64,000 bases of DNA from Felis catus (lineage: Eukaryota), in NCBI RefSeq assembly GCF_018350175.1, contig NC_058368.1:133612001-133676000 (forward strand), read 5' to 3'. Below are positions 51,979-64,000 of the stretch, piece after piece; position 1 is the first letter of the stretch; the number at the start of each line of letters is the position of its first letter. The position numbers and the translations under genes are program-made. Under the pieces are notes generated by a model. That model had not been told where the DNA came from and did not search any database. It saw only the letters and a program-made list of their open reading frames with translations.

Positions 51979-52100
51979 GGGGCAGAATCATTTGTTAAGG
52001 CTCTTTTCTTCATGGATTCCCTGGGAATTCTTTTACTGGATTTGAGGTACCCTTGTTTGTCCTCAGTCTTATCCAGGAATTACAAGAAGGTAACAGTATT

Positions 52101-52180
52101 GGGGCACCTATGTGTTCAGTTGGTTAAGCCTCCGACTATTGATTTCCATGATTGTGACCCAGATCAGGATTTCAAAGTTG
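52101..52180 (+). mobile_element. SINEC 5' fragment
   Basis: ggggcacctatgtgttcagttggttaag head only. Confidence 0.6.
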
Positions 52181-52334
52181 TGAGATTGAACCCCAACTTC
52201 ACCCTTATACATACATGCTGGTTAGCACATTCAGAAAGGGGGGCAAAGGAAATTGTACTGTCCATCAAGTAATGATACACAACACTTCTAAAATATTAGA
52301 AGTCACTGAGTAATCAGTTGCAATGAAGATCTTT

Positions 52335-52554
52335 TTTTTTAATGGTTTTTTTTAAATTATTTACTTTTGAAACAGAGAGACAGAGCCTAAGAAGGGGAGG
52401 GGCAGAGAAAGAGAGGGAAACACAGAATCTGAAGCAGGCTCCAGGCTCTGAGCTGTCAGCACAAAGCATGATGCAGGGCTCGAACTCATGGACTGTGAGA
52501 TCATGACTTGAGCTGAAGTCGGACGTTCATCCCACTGAGCCACCCAGGTGCCCC
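52335..52554 (-). mobile_element. SINEC
   Basis: Ends caggtgcccc. Confidence 0.92.
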
Positions 52555-52579
52555 GACCATTTTTTAAATTTTAATGTTC

Positions 52580-52601
52580 TCTCTTTTTTTTTTTCTTTTT
52601 T

Positions 52602-52639
<38 letters not shown>

Positions 52640-52778
52640 AGGGAGGGAGGGAGAGAGAGAGATGTGGGCTTACCCGGGGCTCATGTTTTACCCGAAGTGG
52701 GGCTCAAGATCACCTGATGTGGGAGATCATGGCCTGAGCCAAAGTCATATGCTTAATGAATGAGCCACCAGGCGCCCC
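52580..52778 (-). mobile_element. Variant SINEC with (GA)n(GGGA)n
   Basis: Ends caggcgcccc; taaa(t/a)ttttaatgttct repeated on both sides. Confidence 0.8.
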
Positions 52779-55442
52779 TAAAATTTTAATGTTCTTAAAT
52801 GTAGTCTTAGGAATTTCTTTAATCCTGTGATGATTAATAACTCCATGCTGTTTAGTTCAGGTTCATATATCTGGTACTTTTTCCTCTTTGCCCCACTCTT
52901 CTTCCATCTCCCAATTCTTACGTGATGCTAAATTATTAACACGTGTTCCACATACACTACACAGAAGCCTTTGGCTTATGGCTCCAACCAATGCCATATG
53001 TCTTATCTAATTATCGAGGCACGTGTTAGCGACGTTACCCTGACATCAAGAAAATACAATGAAGACACATACACACTGTACCACAGGGGCTGTGGCAGCC
53101 TCGATGCTGCTCTGAGTGGTGCAGACTGGTCATTGTGTGGTCCCCGCACGTTAGCCACTCGCTGCTCCGTGTGCAATTGCCTAGTGCTCCTGGTATCTGC
53201 AGCCTTTTGCAGCTCCCCTTCACAAGGTCTTGGCCACCGCACATTCGTTTCTCTCACTTTATTACCATCGCATCTGATTCCAATTTGCTGCCAAATTGAG
53301 TTTCCAGTCCCGAGTCTGACATTCAAACCGTCAGGTGGATTAGCTCCTTCGGCTTGGTTAGCGGGAAGCTTCAGGTCAGTTGACGGTGGCCTATTAAATG
53401 TCCTCTGCTCCTCATCCTGGAGCCTCGGCTACCGTCCCGCAGAGTGGCAGTGCCGGGTTACCCACCGTAACCTTTCTTCTTGTTTAGAACTCCTCATGCC
53501 AGACCTATTGGAAAGACTTCTGATTAAAAACAGAGTTGGTTTTTATCCCTTATCCTGCTGTTTCTGCGGTTTTTCTCGGAGCAGAGCAGCTGGCTTATGG
53601 TCAGGTCATTGGGTGGAATATGATTGATTGAACTATGTGGCGATAATTCATTTGGCCCTTTCCCTCTGAGTGATCTGTTTGCATGTAGAGTTGAAATAAC
53701 ACCTAACTTATTCTGTTATTTATGATAACACATCGGCTCCGCCTCCTTTTCTTTCTGTGCCGATGTCAGATCAGCTCACAGGACCGCAGTGTTGACTGAC
53801 TGGAGCTCCAGGCCTTTGCCAGGCATCAGGTTTCGGTAGTTCCTTTCCAAAGGACACAGTCTGGTGAAGAATGATTTCTAGAGAGGTCTTCTCTTGCTTC
53901 TTTTCTTTTCTTTTTTTTTTTTTTAACTTGAATCCAAAACAGATTTCTCAGTGTTTGTCATAATCAAAGATATACATATGGAGAATCACTCATTGATTAT
54001 TCTATTTACATGTCAGTTCCCAAGGAAAACAGTCTTGGTCAGAGACTTTTCTCTTGTCATTAGGGGTTTTAGTAAATGAGGGTATATTTATGTTTGACAG
54101 TGAGGCATCCCAGTTGAACAAACACTATAATTTCTTGGGGATAATCAAGGATTTGAGAAAAAAGCAAAACAAAACAAAAATACAGCATTTCACCACTGAA
54201 CCCTGCGGCCTTTGAGAAGGAAACGTTAGCTGTTGAGCGGAGGAAGAAGGTCCGTTGTTTCTAAAATGGTTGATTTTTTTTCTTCTTGTAATTAAACAGT
54301 GATATGATTATTGTAATTGTATCTGGATATGTTTGCCAGTTAATGAGTAAAGCGTGCTATATTTAAAGCAGCATCCTCCCCTCTGGTCTGCTGCTTCCAA
54401 GGCTATGTTCTGGAAGCTAGGCTGGAGTAAATTGTGTTGTTTAGAAGATCTGCAGGCTCTGTCCCTGACGTACAGTTACGGATCCACTAAAAATAAAAGA
54501 CAGAAAGGCGAATTTGAAGCTGAGGGGATCATGTTTGAGCTCTGGGAGGCAAGAGGAAAAAAAAGTCATTATAGGAATGAAAACCCAAATTTAGTTGAGT
54601 CTTTCAAATTTATACTGTGTTCTTTTAGAGTTTAAACAGCCAGATGACTCATGGCTTCCTATTCTTTAATTACTGTCATCAAGTGATCATTCCTGAGAAC
54701 CCAGGCATGGAGATATTCCTGTAACCCTTTTTTGTTTGTTTGTTTGCTTGGTTTTTTAGTTTGTTTTCACAGCTTCCCCTATAGTTAGATGGATAGTGAT
54801 CCTAATTTGTGATAAGGATGAGAGCACCCTTTTTTAAAACTTAAAAGCACTCTATTAATTGTTGCTGTCTGGCATTAGACATTCATTATCCTAAGTCATA
54901 AGTCACTCTTATTTTAAGAAATCAGAAGGAAACCTTTTGCTTTATTTAAAAAATATGTATGTATATATAATCTTTGGCGTGCCCATTGTTTTGCACGAGC
55001 TTATTTCTGCTAGGGGTAAATAGTCTGATTTAACTGCCTTTTTTTCATTTCACCTTTCATTTAATTTTAATGGATTATTTCTGCTCCTCCTTCTATCTCT
55101 TTCCTTTTGGGGTTCCTCTGATTTTGCCTTCCTCTGATTTTTCCTTATGCTCCAGTTTAGGTCCATGTAACTCAACTCAGTATTTTGCTCTCTTGCTTTG
55201 AGAGGATTAATGTCTTTTCTGTTTTGGAATTTAGATAAACTGTGTTTGTAGTTCCAACAGAGTGTATAAAGAGAGCAGTGTAAGGGATCCAGAGTAACAT
55301 CATGACATTAAAATCTTCGCATTGTGGAAAACGGCAAATCAAGCATAATGAAGAATGGCACATTTTGTGCCACCCATTGGGTGCCTTGCTAGTCTAAGGT
55401 TAATGTAGCCTCTCATTAATATGTTTTTTTTTTCTTTTGCAG

Positions 55443-55474
55443 AAGGAGTTGAGTCTCCCCCGAAGAGGAAGTTT
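55443..55474 (+). CDS. MAST4: 32-nt internal coding microexon of a MAST-family (microtubule-associated Ser/Thr) kinase, encoding KELSLPRRGS plus 2 nt of a Phe/Leu codon; likely MAST4 (MAST2 has the same peptide)
   Basis: Long T-rich tract then tgcAG (AG at 55441-55442), exon AAG GAG TTG AGT CTC CCC CGA AGA GGA AGT TT, then consensus donor gtaagt at 55475-55480. Peptide matches the recalled MAST2/MAST4 sequence KELSLPRRGSFCRTSNRKS. Paralogue choice rests on recalled codon usage and the large AT-rich intron context. Confidence 0.85.
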
Positions 55475-56223
55475 GTAAGTAGCCTAATTTTGTTTCCTTA
55501 TTATTATTTTGAACAGTTCGTTATGTATTCTCTGACTTGTTAAGTTTGCAGTGACAAATAGAAGATAAATGATAATCAACTGAATTAAGAAAACAGACAC
55601 TTTGCATTTATTTATAAATGTCAAATAATGATTTCAGTATATCTTGAAGGAAGTTGCCAGCTTTTTTCCTTATGGGCATCGTAAACTAAAAAGTTTACTT
55701 ACTCCTGGGAGAATCTTAATCAAAAAAAAAAAAAAATTCTCTTATGTCATCAAGCAAAACCATTAGTTGGTCTGCAGGTAGTATGAATTGATCTGAGTCA
55801 AGAATTAGCGCCCTTCTATGTGATCTGGAACTCTATGATTGTTTTTTATGCTATGGATTTTATGCAAAGTAAGTGATACCCTTTTGCGCTGATGAAGGCT
55901 TTGAGTCAGCTAAACTTTCTTTTAGGTCTGGATCTTACCGAATTGACTCATGTAATGGTCTTGTTTTAAAATAGCGGATTTATGAACCTTAAGTTGATTT
56001 CCTTATAGTTTGTTTCAACCTTTTGTTTTGAAGGCTAATAATATATTTGCATAAATGCTAGTTTTTTACCATTAGCAAGTTGCAGAATGAAATGTATTGC
56101 CTTTAATGTTCCACTAAATTTAGAGTAGATTTCTTGTCAGCTAGTACTGTGTAAGGGCTGCTCTAGAAATACTTGGACTTGGTATCTGTGCTGAAGAAAT
56201 GAGTGGATGGGGCAATGTGCTTG

Positions 56224-56266
<43 letters not shown>

Positions 56267-56274
56267 TGTTTATT

Positions 56275-56310
<36 letters not shown>

Positions 56311-56476
56311 CATGAGCGGGGGAGGGGCAGAGAGAGAGGGAAACACAGAATCCAAAGCAGGCTCCAAGCTCTGAGCTGTCAGCACAGAGCCCAACATGGG
56401 GCTTGAAGACACAACGATTGAGATCAGACCTGAGCCGAAGTTGGACCCTTAACCACCAGAGCCACCCAGGCGCCCC
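56224..56476 (-). mobile_element. SINEC with (TTTA)n tail and (GA)n
   Basis: TSD gggcaatgtgc. Confidence 0.94.
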
Positions 56477-58759
56477 AAAGGGCAATGTGCCTTTTAAAGA
56501 CTATAATATTTCAGGTACATTTATGCAGATATCAACTTGGAGTATTGGAAATGTATGTGGTAGCTGTTGGCGGAGAGAATTCATTTTGTTGACTAACTTT
56601 TGGGTTATGTCAGCCTTTGCATCTGAGAACCAGAACTTTACCCAGTTACTTTTCAATACTGTCCATTTTGGTTCTTAATGTTTCACAGCTTTAGGCTGCC
56701 TGGAGGATGCTGGACCATTTTTCTTGAATAATGTGTCTAGAAAATTTGACTCACTTCCAACTTCTATCTCTGTGTGCTAGAAGTTAATTGCTTAAAAGTT
56801 GGCCATAGGAAATGCCCTTAGAATCAAAAACTTGCCTTCTTCTGAATCTTGATTAGAACTCTCACCTAGACTTGGACACACCCAAACATTTTGATATTTC
56901 TAAACATGATTAAAAATAAGAAATTAGAAAAACAAGTAAAACTACATGAAATAATAGAAAAAAATCTCTTTTCTCTTGTACCTTTATTTAATGCTAAAAG
57001 CATTCTAGGTTTGTCTTTAATGCTTTATCTGAAAACTTTATAACTTTAGTCAAATTTTCCTTTTAGCCTATATAAAAGATTGCATTTTTTTTTCAGTTTC
57101 TCAGTATGTTTTTTGTACATTTCTATGAAGGTAATGATAACTACAAAATGATTCCCTATGCCTATTAAAGGGCTGTATTTCCTTTTGTAAAATCTCCTTA
57201 TCTCCATATTTCCTTGTCTAAGTCTGTTAATGTTAGCTGATAGCTGTATATTGATGGGAAAATAGAAGGTAAAGAAGATATTTAAATTTCTCTACTTCAG
57301 AGCTTAGAATCTTTCATGAATGAAAAGGATGATAACATAAGTTTCTTTGGGATCCATGCTTTGAAAATGTAATGAGAGATATAGAATTACATTTAAGCCA
57401 TTTAAAATCTCTTCCCTAATAAAAACCAATTGATCTATCAATCAAACGATGGGAGTAAAACATAGCATAAATCTATCTTTTTCTTTTTAGTGAATTCTGG
57501 GAAAATTAATACTTCCAAGTGAAAGAAACAAAAAATAAAGATGCTCCTTTGTATTTTTTATTAAAGACAAATGTTCCCCAGAGAATTAATGGTCTATGAT
57601 AGAGATGTTTTGGGACTTAACACCACTCAGCATTTTCAGTGACCCCATCCCAAATGCCAGTGATCACTCTCCTCATGCAAGGTTGTTTTATGACTTTGAG
57701 AAAAAGAAAATACTTTAAAAAGTAATTTCTAGGGTGATTTTAATACAAATCTAATGAGGAAGGGCACAAGTGGTGCTGGCCAGCATAATGACACCTAATT
57801 ATTAAACCTGTTAACACTTGGTCAGTTTATTATAGCTGGTTAAATGCCTCCAGCATGAATGTTTTCAGATCTTTTAGTATCTTTTCTCTGAAAGATTGAG
57901 GATTTGATCCCTCTGTTCTGTCGAATATTCTCTCCATGTTAACAGTGAGCCACTGCACAGGGTGATGTATTCCTCATGGTCTGTAGTTACAAAGCAATGT
58001 GATTGAAAGTGTCAGAGGTGTGTACCTTCAGAAAGGCTGTGTTCTTGGAAGAAGGTGCCCGATTGTATTATATCCCCCGCCTCTACTTTGTATGTCTTGA
58101 AGCATGATATTCTGAAAATGCATCATTCAGGCACTTAGGGATTTATCAGATTTTTTTTTTTAATGTAGTATCGTCTTAAAGGTAATTTTCATGCCTGGAA
58201 TCATGGTAACTTATGTTTTCTATCCGTAACAGTTAACTCTTCCATAAAACAACACAGAAAATAGGCTTTTCTTTTTATTACTCATTAAAAGCCTAAAACA
58301 AGCAAGTTGTACTGTATGCTGTCTAGAAAATAATCCAGTACTCCAGTAATTTGTATTTTATGATCGTTTTCTCAAGAACTAACTTGAAATCTGTGTTGTT
58401 TCAAATATGTTTTAAGAGGTTGTGACCATTTTGTGTGTGTGCGGTACAAGGGGCATCAGAGGAGAAGTCAAAGATGCTTTCCAGGCAAGATATTCCTAAA
58501 TTACCCATGACTCCAGATCAGTTTTCCAGAGGCTTTCCCAACCCTTGTTCACCTTCAGAGTCCCAGATGCCGTCTCCACTCTGGCTGCTTAGATAGCTAG
58601 ACTTGAGCTAGTTGTCTTCTTCCCTTCAAAGAGTACCCATGTGCCGGTGCTTGGTCCTCGATGCTTCTGGCACTTTCCCTCCCTTTCTCCTTGGAACTAC
58701 AGCTTTCATACTCTCTGCTCTTTCTCCTCTTAGCAACCTGTCAAGATCTATATATCCTT

Positions 58760-59150
58760 TGACTAAATCATGATATAATCAGAGAACAAAATACTGTACA
58801 GCAGGTAGAATGAATGAACTGGAGCATATGTATCAACACATGTAATTGTCAAAAACAGCATGCTGAACAAAAAGGTAAAAGCAAATTGCACAGGCAAGAA
58901 AGCGTTTACATTATAAAAATTAAAAATAACCAAGACAAGACAGTTTACTGTTTGTGGATGCAAACATGTACAATAAAAATATCAAAAAGGCATGGGCAAC
59001 AGATGTACAGTAAAGCTTATCAGTGGAGGAGAAGAAAGAAATGGGATTTGAGGGGCCTCCCCAGGGGCTGTCACATATATGATTAATGTGGTATGTACAT
59101 GGGTGTTTAGAGTATTCCTTCCACACTTTGATATTCTTGAAATATTTTAT
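58760..59150 (+). mobile_element. Ancient L1ME-like 3' fragment
   Basis: gaatgaatgaactggagcatatgtatcaacacatg...gcatgctgaacaaaaaagg. Confidence 0.55.
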
Positions 59151-59301
59151 TTAAAGTGTTCAGTAATTACATGAAGGTAATAGTCAAGCTGTTTTATCCA
59201 GATGTAGAGATTTAAAAATAATTTGAAGAGAAAATTAAGTAACTGTTAAACTATTTTGAATGGAAGGAGAGAGCGTACCTGTATTGATTTTTGTTTTATT
59301 G

Positions 59302-59302
<1 letters not shown>

Positions 59303-59334
<32 letters not shown>

Positions 59335-59537
59335 GAGTTCTTTTTTTATTTATTTTTGAGAAAGATACAAAGGGAAAATGGGAGAGGAGCAGAGACAGAA
59401 GGAGACAGAATCCCTATCAGGCTCTGCCTTGTCAGTGCAGAGCCTGATGCAGGGCTCGAACTCATGAATCATGAAATCATGACCTGAGCCGAAATAAGAG
59501 TTGGAGGCTTAACCAACTGAGCCACACAGGCACCCCC
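59303..59537 (-). mobile_element. SINEC with (TG)n at the tail
   Basis: (TG)n at 59303-59330 then antisense SINE body. Confidence 0.88.
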
Positions 59538-60659
59538 TGTTGTTGTGTTTTTTTTTTTTTTGTGACATGATGAAGACTGGCCCCAGTGAGTACGGTTTTA
59601 CAGTGGTCATAATATCTGTTGTGGCAGGTACTTCCTGGTTAGTGCCAGAGCAGCATGATAAATTTTGGTACTTGAGCAAGAAAGGAGGAATGTTTTGACA
59701 TCTAGTTAGAGACCTAGATTTGTTGTCTTCAGTTTTTAGCCTTTTAAGAGAAGTGACTGTTCTTTAATTCCTACAAGGTGCCTAGCACAGTAAGGTGCAG
59801 AGTGTGGATGATGGTAGATCTCCCCAGCCAGACTGTGAGTGTCCCAGCTGAGTAAACTGTCCTGCTTTGGGACTCAGCTCCTATCACAGTGTGTTGAGGA
59901 CTAACAGTGATTCCGTGGCCCATGCCAGATCTTTCTTGGTTTAAATCAGTGTGGAATACATAGGCTCTCTTGATGTTATTTTGTTTTTCTGGTAACAAGG
60001 ACTCTACACTGTTCATATTTATCAAAGTGCTAATAGTGCCGTGGGGTCCCTTATCTAGTCCTTACCCATATGTACATCTTGGGTCCTGAAATGACTTTTC
60101 CAAGTGGAAAAAACTCTCTGGGAGGTGTTTATTTTCAGGGAGGGAAAGTGGTAAAAAGGTAAAAACCCAAGATGTGAGCTAATGGATGGTTAGGAGCAAA
60201 ACCAAGGTCTCCCTGGCCGCTACCCTTTATTTTGTTTTAAAGACCCCTTTCTGTTTTGTTAATTGTCCGAATAAACAGCTCTGGGGACAGAGAGAGCTTC
60301 TTTTTACATGGAATTTCCTGGTGGGGGGAGGTGCTGGAGATTGGCTGGAGCCAGTTCCCTGTCCTCCAATCTTGTTTTTTTAGCTACCTTTCGTATTTCA
60401 TTATACAGAGAAGGAAACTGAGCTGTGTATTCTAGCAGCTGAAACGTCAGGCAGAAACTCCCCCTCATGGGCACACAAGTCCTGAAAAACAGTGTTTCCG
60501 CCTGCTGAGCAGTTGGGAGTATTGAAATTCCTAAAAGACAACTTGGGGGTCTTGGTTTATTTTAATTTCTTGATCTAGCAATAATAAATACTAGTATCCA
60601 GTAACTGTTCCTCTCCGTAGAGTTTTGTCCCTTCTCCATTAACACTGTGCTTTTGAAAA

Positions 60660-60854
60660 AATGTTTTTTAATGTTTATCTATTTTTGAGAGACAGAGCAC
60701 GAGTGGGGAAGGAGCAGAGAGAGAGGGAGACATAGAATCCGAAGCAGGCTCCAGGCTCTGAGCTGTCAGCACAGAGCCTGACATGGGCTCGAAACCAAGA
60801 ACTGTGAGATCATGACAGTTGGCAGCCGAACCGGCTGAGCCACCCAGGCGCCCC
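60660..60854 (-). mobile_element. SINEC
   Basis: Ends caggcgcccc. Confidence 0.92.
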
Positions 60855-61579
60855 TCACGCTTTCCTTTTGTTATGTCCTTACTCTGGAGGTAGCCAGAAG
60901 TGACTAGGGCTGGGCACTGCATGCCTAGACAGTTGTCTGTTGGCCTCCCCCTTCTTCAGGTCTGCTAGGAAGCCCACCCCCCTACCTACAAATCTCAAAT
61001 ACATCTGCCACGGTGCCAGACATCCTAGTACTAGAAATCCATTCAGTTGGATCTTAAAGAGCTTTTCTTTTCAGTGTCTCGTTGACTGGTACATACCTTT
61101 GGGCAGCTTGTCACTGAGCTGTGTTTAGCACAGCAGCAGACGGTTCATTAATGGAATGTCTTTCTGGTGGACTGATGGGAGATGAGGCAACCAGAGAGGG
61201 GAGCAGCTGTCAAGAACTGTTCTGCCCCACGTGTAGGTTAATAAATGTATCAATGGGTGGCAAACTTACCTCCCTTCTTTCTAATTTTGGCTCTCTTGGG
61301 CATGGCAGGAAAGGAATGGAAGATGAGTAAGCAACAGAGGGAGAGTGTTGTCAGAGGGTGGCCAGGATGACAGAAGCCAGAGGACGCTCATGGTTGTCAG
61401 AAACTTCTGGGTGGAGCTGGGCCTGCTGGATGTAGAAGATGGTTTATCTTACTGTAGATATATTGGACTGAAGGTCCTGGACTGGTTGGAATTTATCATT
61501 TCGAGACAAGCTAGGAAGTGGCCTTCTGTGTCATTGAGTAGCCTTGGGTTGATGTCATTGGCATACATAGAAATGTGTA

Positions 61580-61802
61580 TTTTTTTGAAGTAATTTGTAA
61601 AGTGTATATTCTTGAGAGAGAGACAGACGGGCAGGGCACGAGCAGGGGAGGGGCAGGGAAAAGGGAGACACAGTATCTGAAGCGGGCTCTAGGCTCTGAG
61701 CTGTCAGCACAGAGCCTGACCAGGGGCTCAAGCTCATGAATTGTGAGATCATGCCTTGAGCCGAAGTGAGATGCTTAACTGACTGAGGCACCCAGGCGCC
61801 CC
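61580..61802 (-). mobile_element. SINEC
   Basis: TSD gaaatgtgta. Confidence 0.92.
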
Positions 61803-62959
61803 GGAAATGTGTAGTTTTTAAAACAGAAGAGTTCTATTCCCCCAGTTGTATTTTAGCCAGAACATACTGCCTTCACGAACTGTTTAGAAAAGTACTCTGA
61901 GTAAAATGAGTAGTTTCAGTCTAGCATGCAAGGAGAGGGAGTCGCCTTCATTTTACAACCCAGTTGAATTAGATTTGTGGGATTTTCAGCAAGGTGAAGG
62001 CAGCATTTCCTGAAACAGACGGAAAGGGCTTACTTGGAGAAAAATAAAGGACAGAGTACAACCACACTTGTATTTGGATAACTTTTAAAATAAATTTAGT
62101 TTTCTTTTCAGTAATTTCTTCCCTCCCACCCCCCACCCATATTGAAGCAAGAATTCAGAATATCCCTCGTCAAAGGCGAGTGGAAGTCCAGTGTCCTTTT
62201 GAATGTTAGAAACCCAGAAACAAAACGAAGGAAAAATAGAGTGTTGCATCTGAATTAGCATTTAAAGTGGCATGTTTATATAAAAAGAGAATGGTGTAAT
62301 ATATCCTGAGAGTAAAGAGAGGATTTCAGCCTGTGAAAGAATGTCAATTGCATTTATATATTCATCGAATAGCCAGTTTGGTATTTGGCATATATTTGCA
62401 GCGGCTTTTAACATGCATGTATTCATCTTCTGTGAAGTGGGTGGGAGGAGACCTACTGGATAGAAGCAACATAGGATGGATCTTCTTACCTTTGAAACCT
62501 TGAGGAAAACCTTAATTTTGCTCCAGGGCAGGAAGGGTTAGGTCCCCCAGAGAGGTTTATGCATTCACATTTCCAAAAACACTTGAGAGTGCAAATTAGA
62601 ATCTGGAGGAGGGGAAGTGTGGGGGGGGGGGGGGCGGTTGGGAAGGAGCTTATGGACTTTCCACCAGCTGTCAAGGTGAACCTAAAATATCATGCCCAGT
62701 TGAGAACAACTGCTCTTAGAGCTTCAGGGTATATGGTGGCAAACTGGGTTTCTGGATGCCCATAAGGCCCAAGGGAATGTTCTCTACTTCACATTTACTA
62801 GAATAACTTTTAAGGAAAAATGAGTCAAACAGGACTTTGGAAAGAGTTTTCAGTGTGCAATCCTTTTCAGCAAGGCTTGTGTAGGGTGACCCCCTAAGGC
62901 CACTTGATGGATGTTTCTCACCAAAAGCCACCTTCTCCAGTCTGTAACTCAGTAGGCAT

Positions 62960-63390
62960 TTCAGAGCCTGGAGTTGAGTCACGTTGCCTGGATTTCAGTC
63001 TGGTCTCCACCATTTACCCAGTGCTGTGACCTTCAGACGGTTACTGAGCTTCTAGGTGTCTTTGTTTCCTCATTTGTTTCCTCATTTGTAAACTTTTTTA
63101 TTTTCATTTATTTATTTGCTTAGAGAAAGAGCACAAGCCAGGGAGGGCAGAAAGAAAAGGGGAGAGAGAGAGAATTCCAAGCAGGCTCTGCACTGTCAGA
63201 GCAGAGCCAGATGTGGGGCTTGAACTGAGGAACCATGAGATCTTGACCTGAGCCAAAACCAAGAGTCAGATGCTTAACGAACTGAGCTACCCAGGAGCCC
63301 CAGATGGAGAGTGTTTTGAAAATTAAATTAGTTAACATTTGTAAAGTGTTTAAAACAGTGTCTGTCATACTATATTATGTAAGTGTTCTG
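62960..63390 (+). mobile_element. MIR interrupted by a SINE
   Basis: gctgtgacctt...tttcctcatttgtaaa, resuming as gttttgaaaattaaattagttaacatttgtaaagtg. Confidence 0.7.
63095..63301 (-). mobile_element. SINEC
   Basis: Antisense body ending caggagcccc. Confidence 0.9.
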
Positions 63391-64000
63391 TGAAACAGAA
63401 CATACTGGGAATTAAGCCCTCCCTGTACCATCCTCTCCCCCATCTCTTATTTTTGTCCTGTAGAATTAGGCCAGAGACTGCAAAGTAGGCAGAGGAAGTT
63501 GCTTTAACCAGATCATTTGCCTAGCATTTTCTAAAAGACTGTCCCCCCCCCCCCCCAGTTTTTGTCAATGGTGATGTTTTAAAGAGGCATTTGGCCCCCA
63601 TATCCTTGGGTAGGTCTTTCCCCCATATCCCATGATGGTCAAGCCTGGTAACAGGAGGTTTCCAGGTGACTGTGAGGACAGAACATATACATATTCTGGC
63701 TTTATATCATCTGGCTCTGCGGGCACTTTTTGTGCGCAGTGGCCCCTTTTCCAGAATAATCTACCTATCCTTTTTCTCAGTGTAGTATACAGATCACTTC
63801 TTAAAATTGTGTTTTGGGATAGGCAGGTGTTGAGGAAAATGAAGTTGGGTATTATATATGTCCATATGAAAAATTTTAGTCAGAATTTCATACCTAGAAG
63901 AAACTTGAACAGAAATATGATGGAACATGCCTTTGAGAAATGTAGAACTAACAACACAGAGGATTTGAGATTTGCTTGTATTCAGGATAGTTCTGTGAAC

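Larger units (their letters stand above)
1..55442 (+). other. Long intron (or its 3' part) upstream of the MAST microexon
   Basis: No other supported exon; ends in a canonical acceptor; begins with gtaagt, which may or may not be the real donor; most longer L1 fragments are antisense to +. Confidence 0.65.
55475..64000 (+). other. Downstream intron, continuing past the window end
   Basis: Starts with gtaagt; I found no exon encoding the expected CRTSNRKS continuation. Confidence 0.7.

Noticed and set aside
52971..53627. 218-aa ORF as a protein-coding gene
   Set aside because: Starts at TTG, no recognisable homology.
63065..63088. 12-bp tandem duplication tttcctcatttg
   Set aside because: Trivial slippage within a MIR beside a SINE.
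3677..63368. Recurring peptides such as MAQSVKRPTSAQVMIS...SGSVLTAQSLEPASD
   Set aside because: SINEC translations, not a gene family or a CRISPR-like array.

Overview
Mammalian (felid) genomic DNA, not microbial: about 32 carnivore tRNA-derived SINEs of the feline SINEC type, plus L1, L2, MIR, MaLR LTR and DNA-transposon relics. The window is almost entirely intronic. The only well-supported coding piece is a 32-nt + strand microexon (55443-55474, KELSLPRRGS+TT) matching the N-terminal region of the MAST kinases, most likely MAST4 (MAST2 not excluded). None of the long ORFs in the track looks like a real gene. The most unusual structure is a ~106-bp near-perfect inverted duplication of non-SINE sequence (31151-31256 / 31968-32076) flanking 711 bp. 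It looks like a staggered-break micro-inversion that split a MIR, and it would give a long dsRNA stem in the pre-mRNA. Other points: a tail-only retro-insertion turned microsatellite, nested and inverted SINE pairs, a palindromic double-octamer element within a candidate poison exon, and a ~215-bp pyrimidine mirror repeat. I found no convincing new multi-gene system. Repeat subfamily names are from memory and repeat boundaries are approximate.
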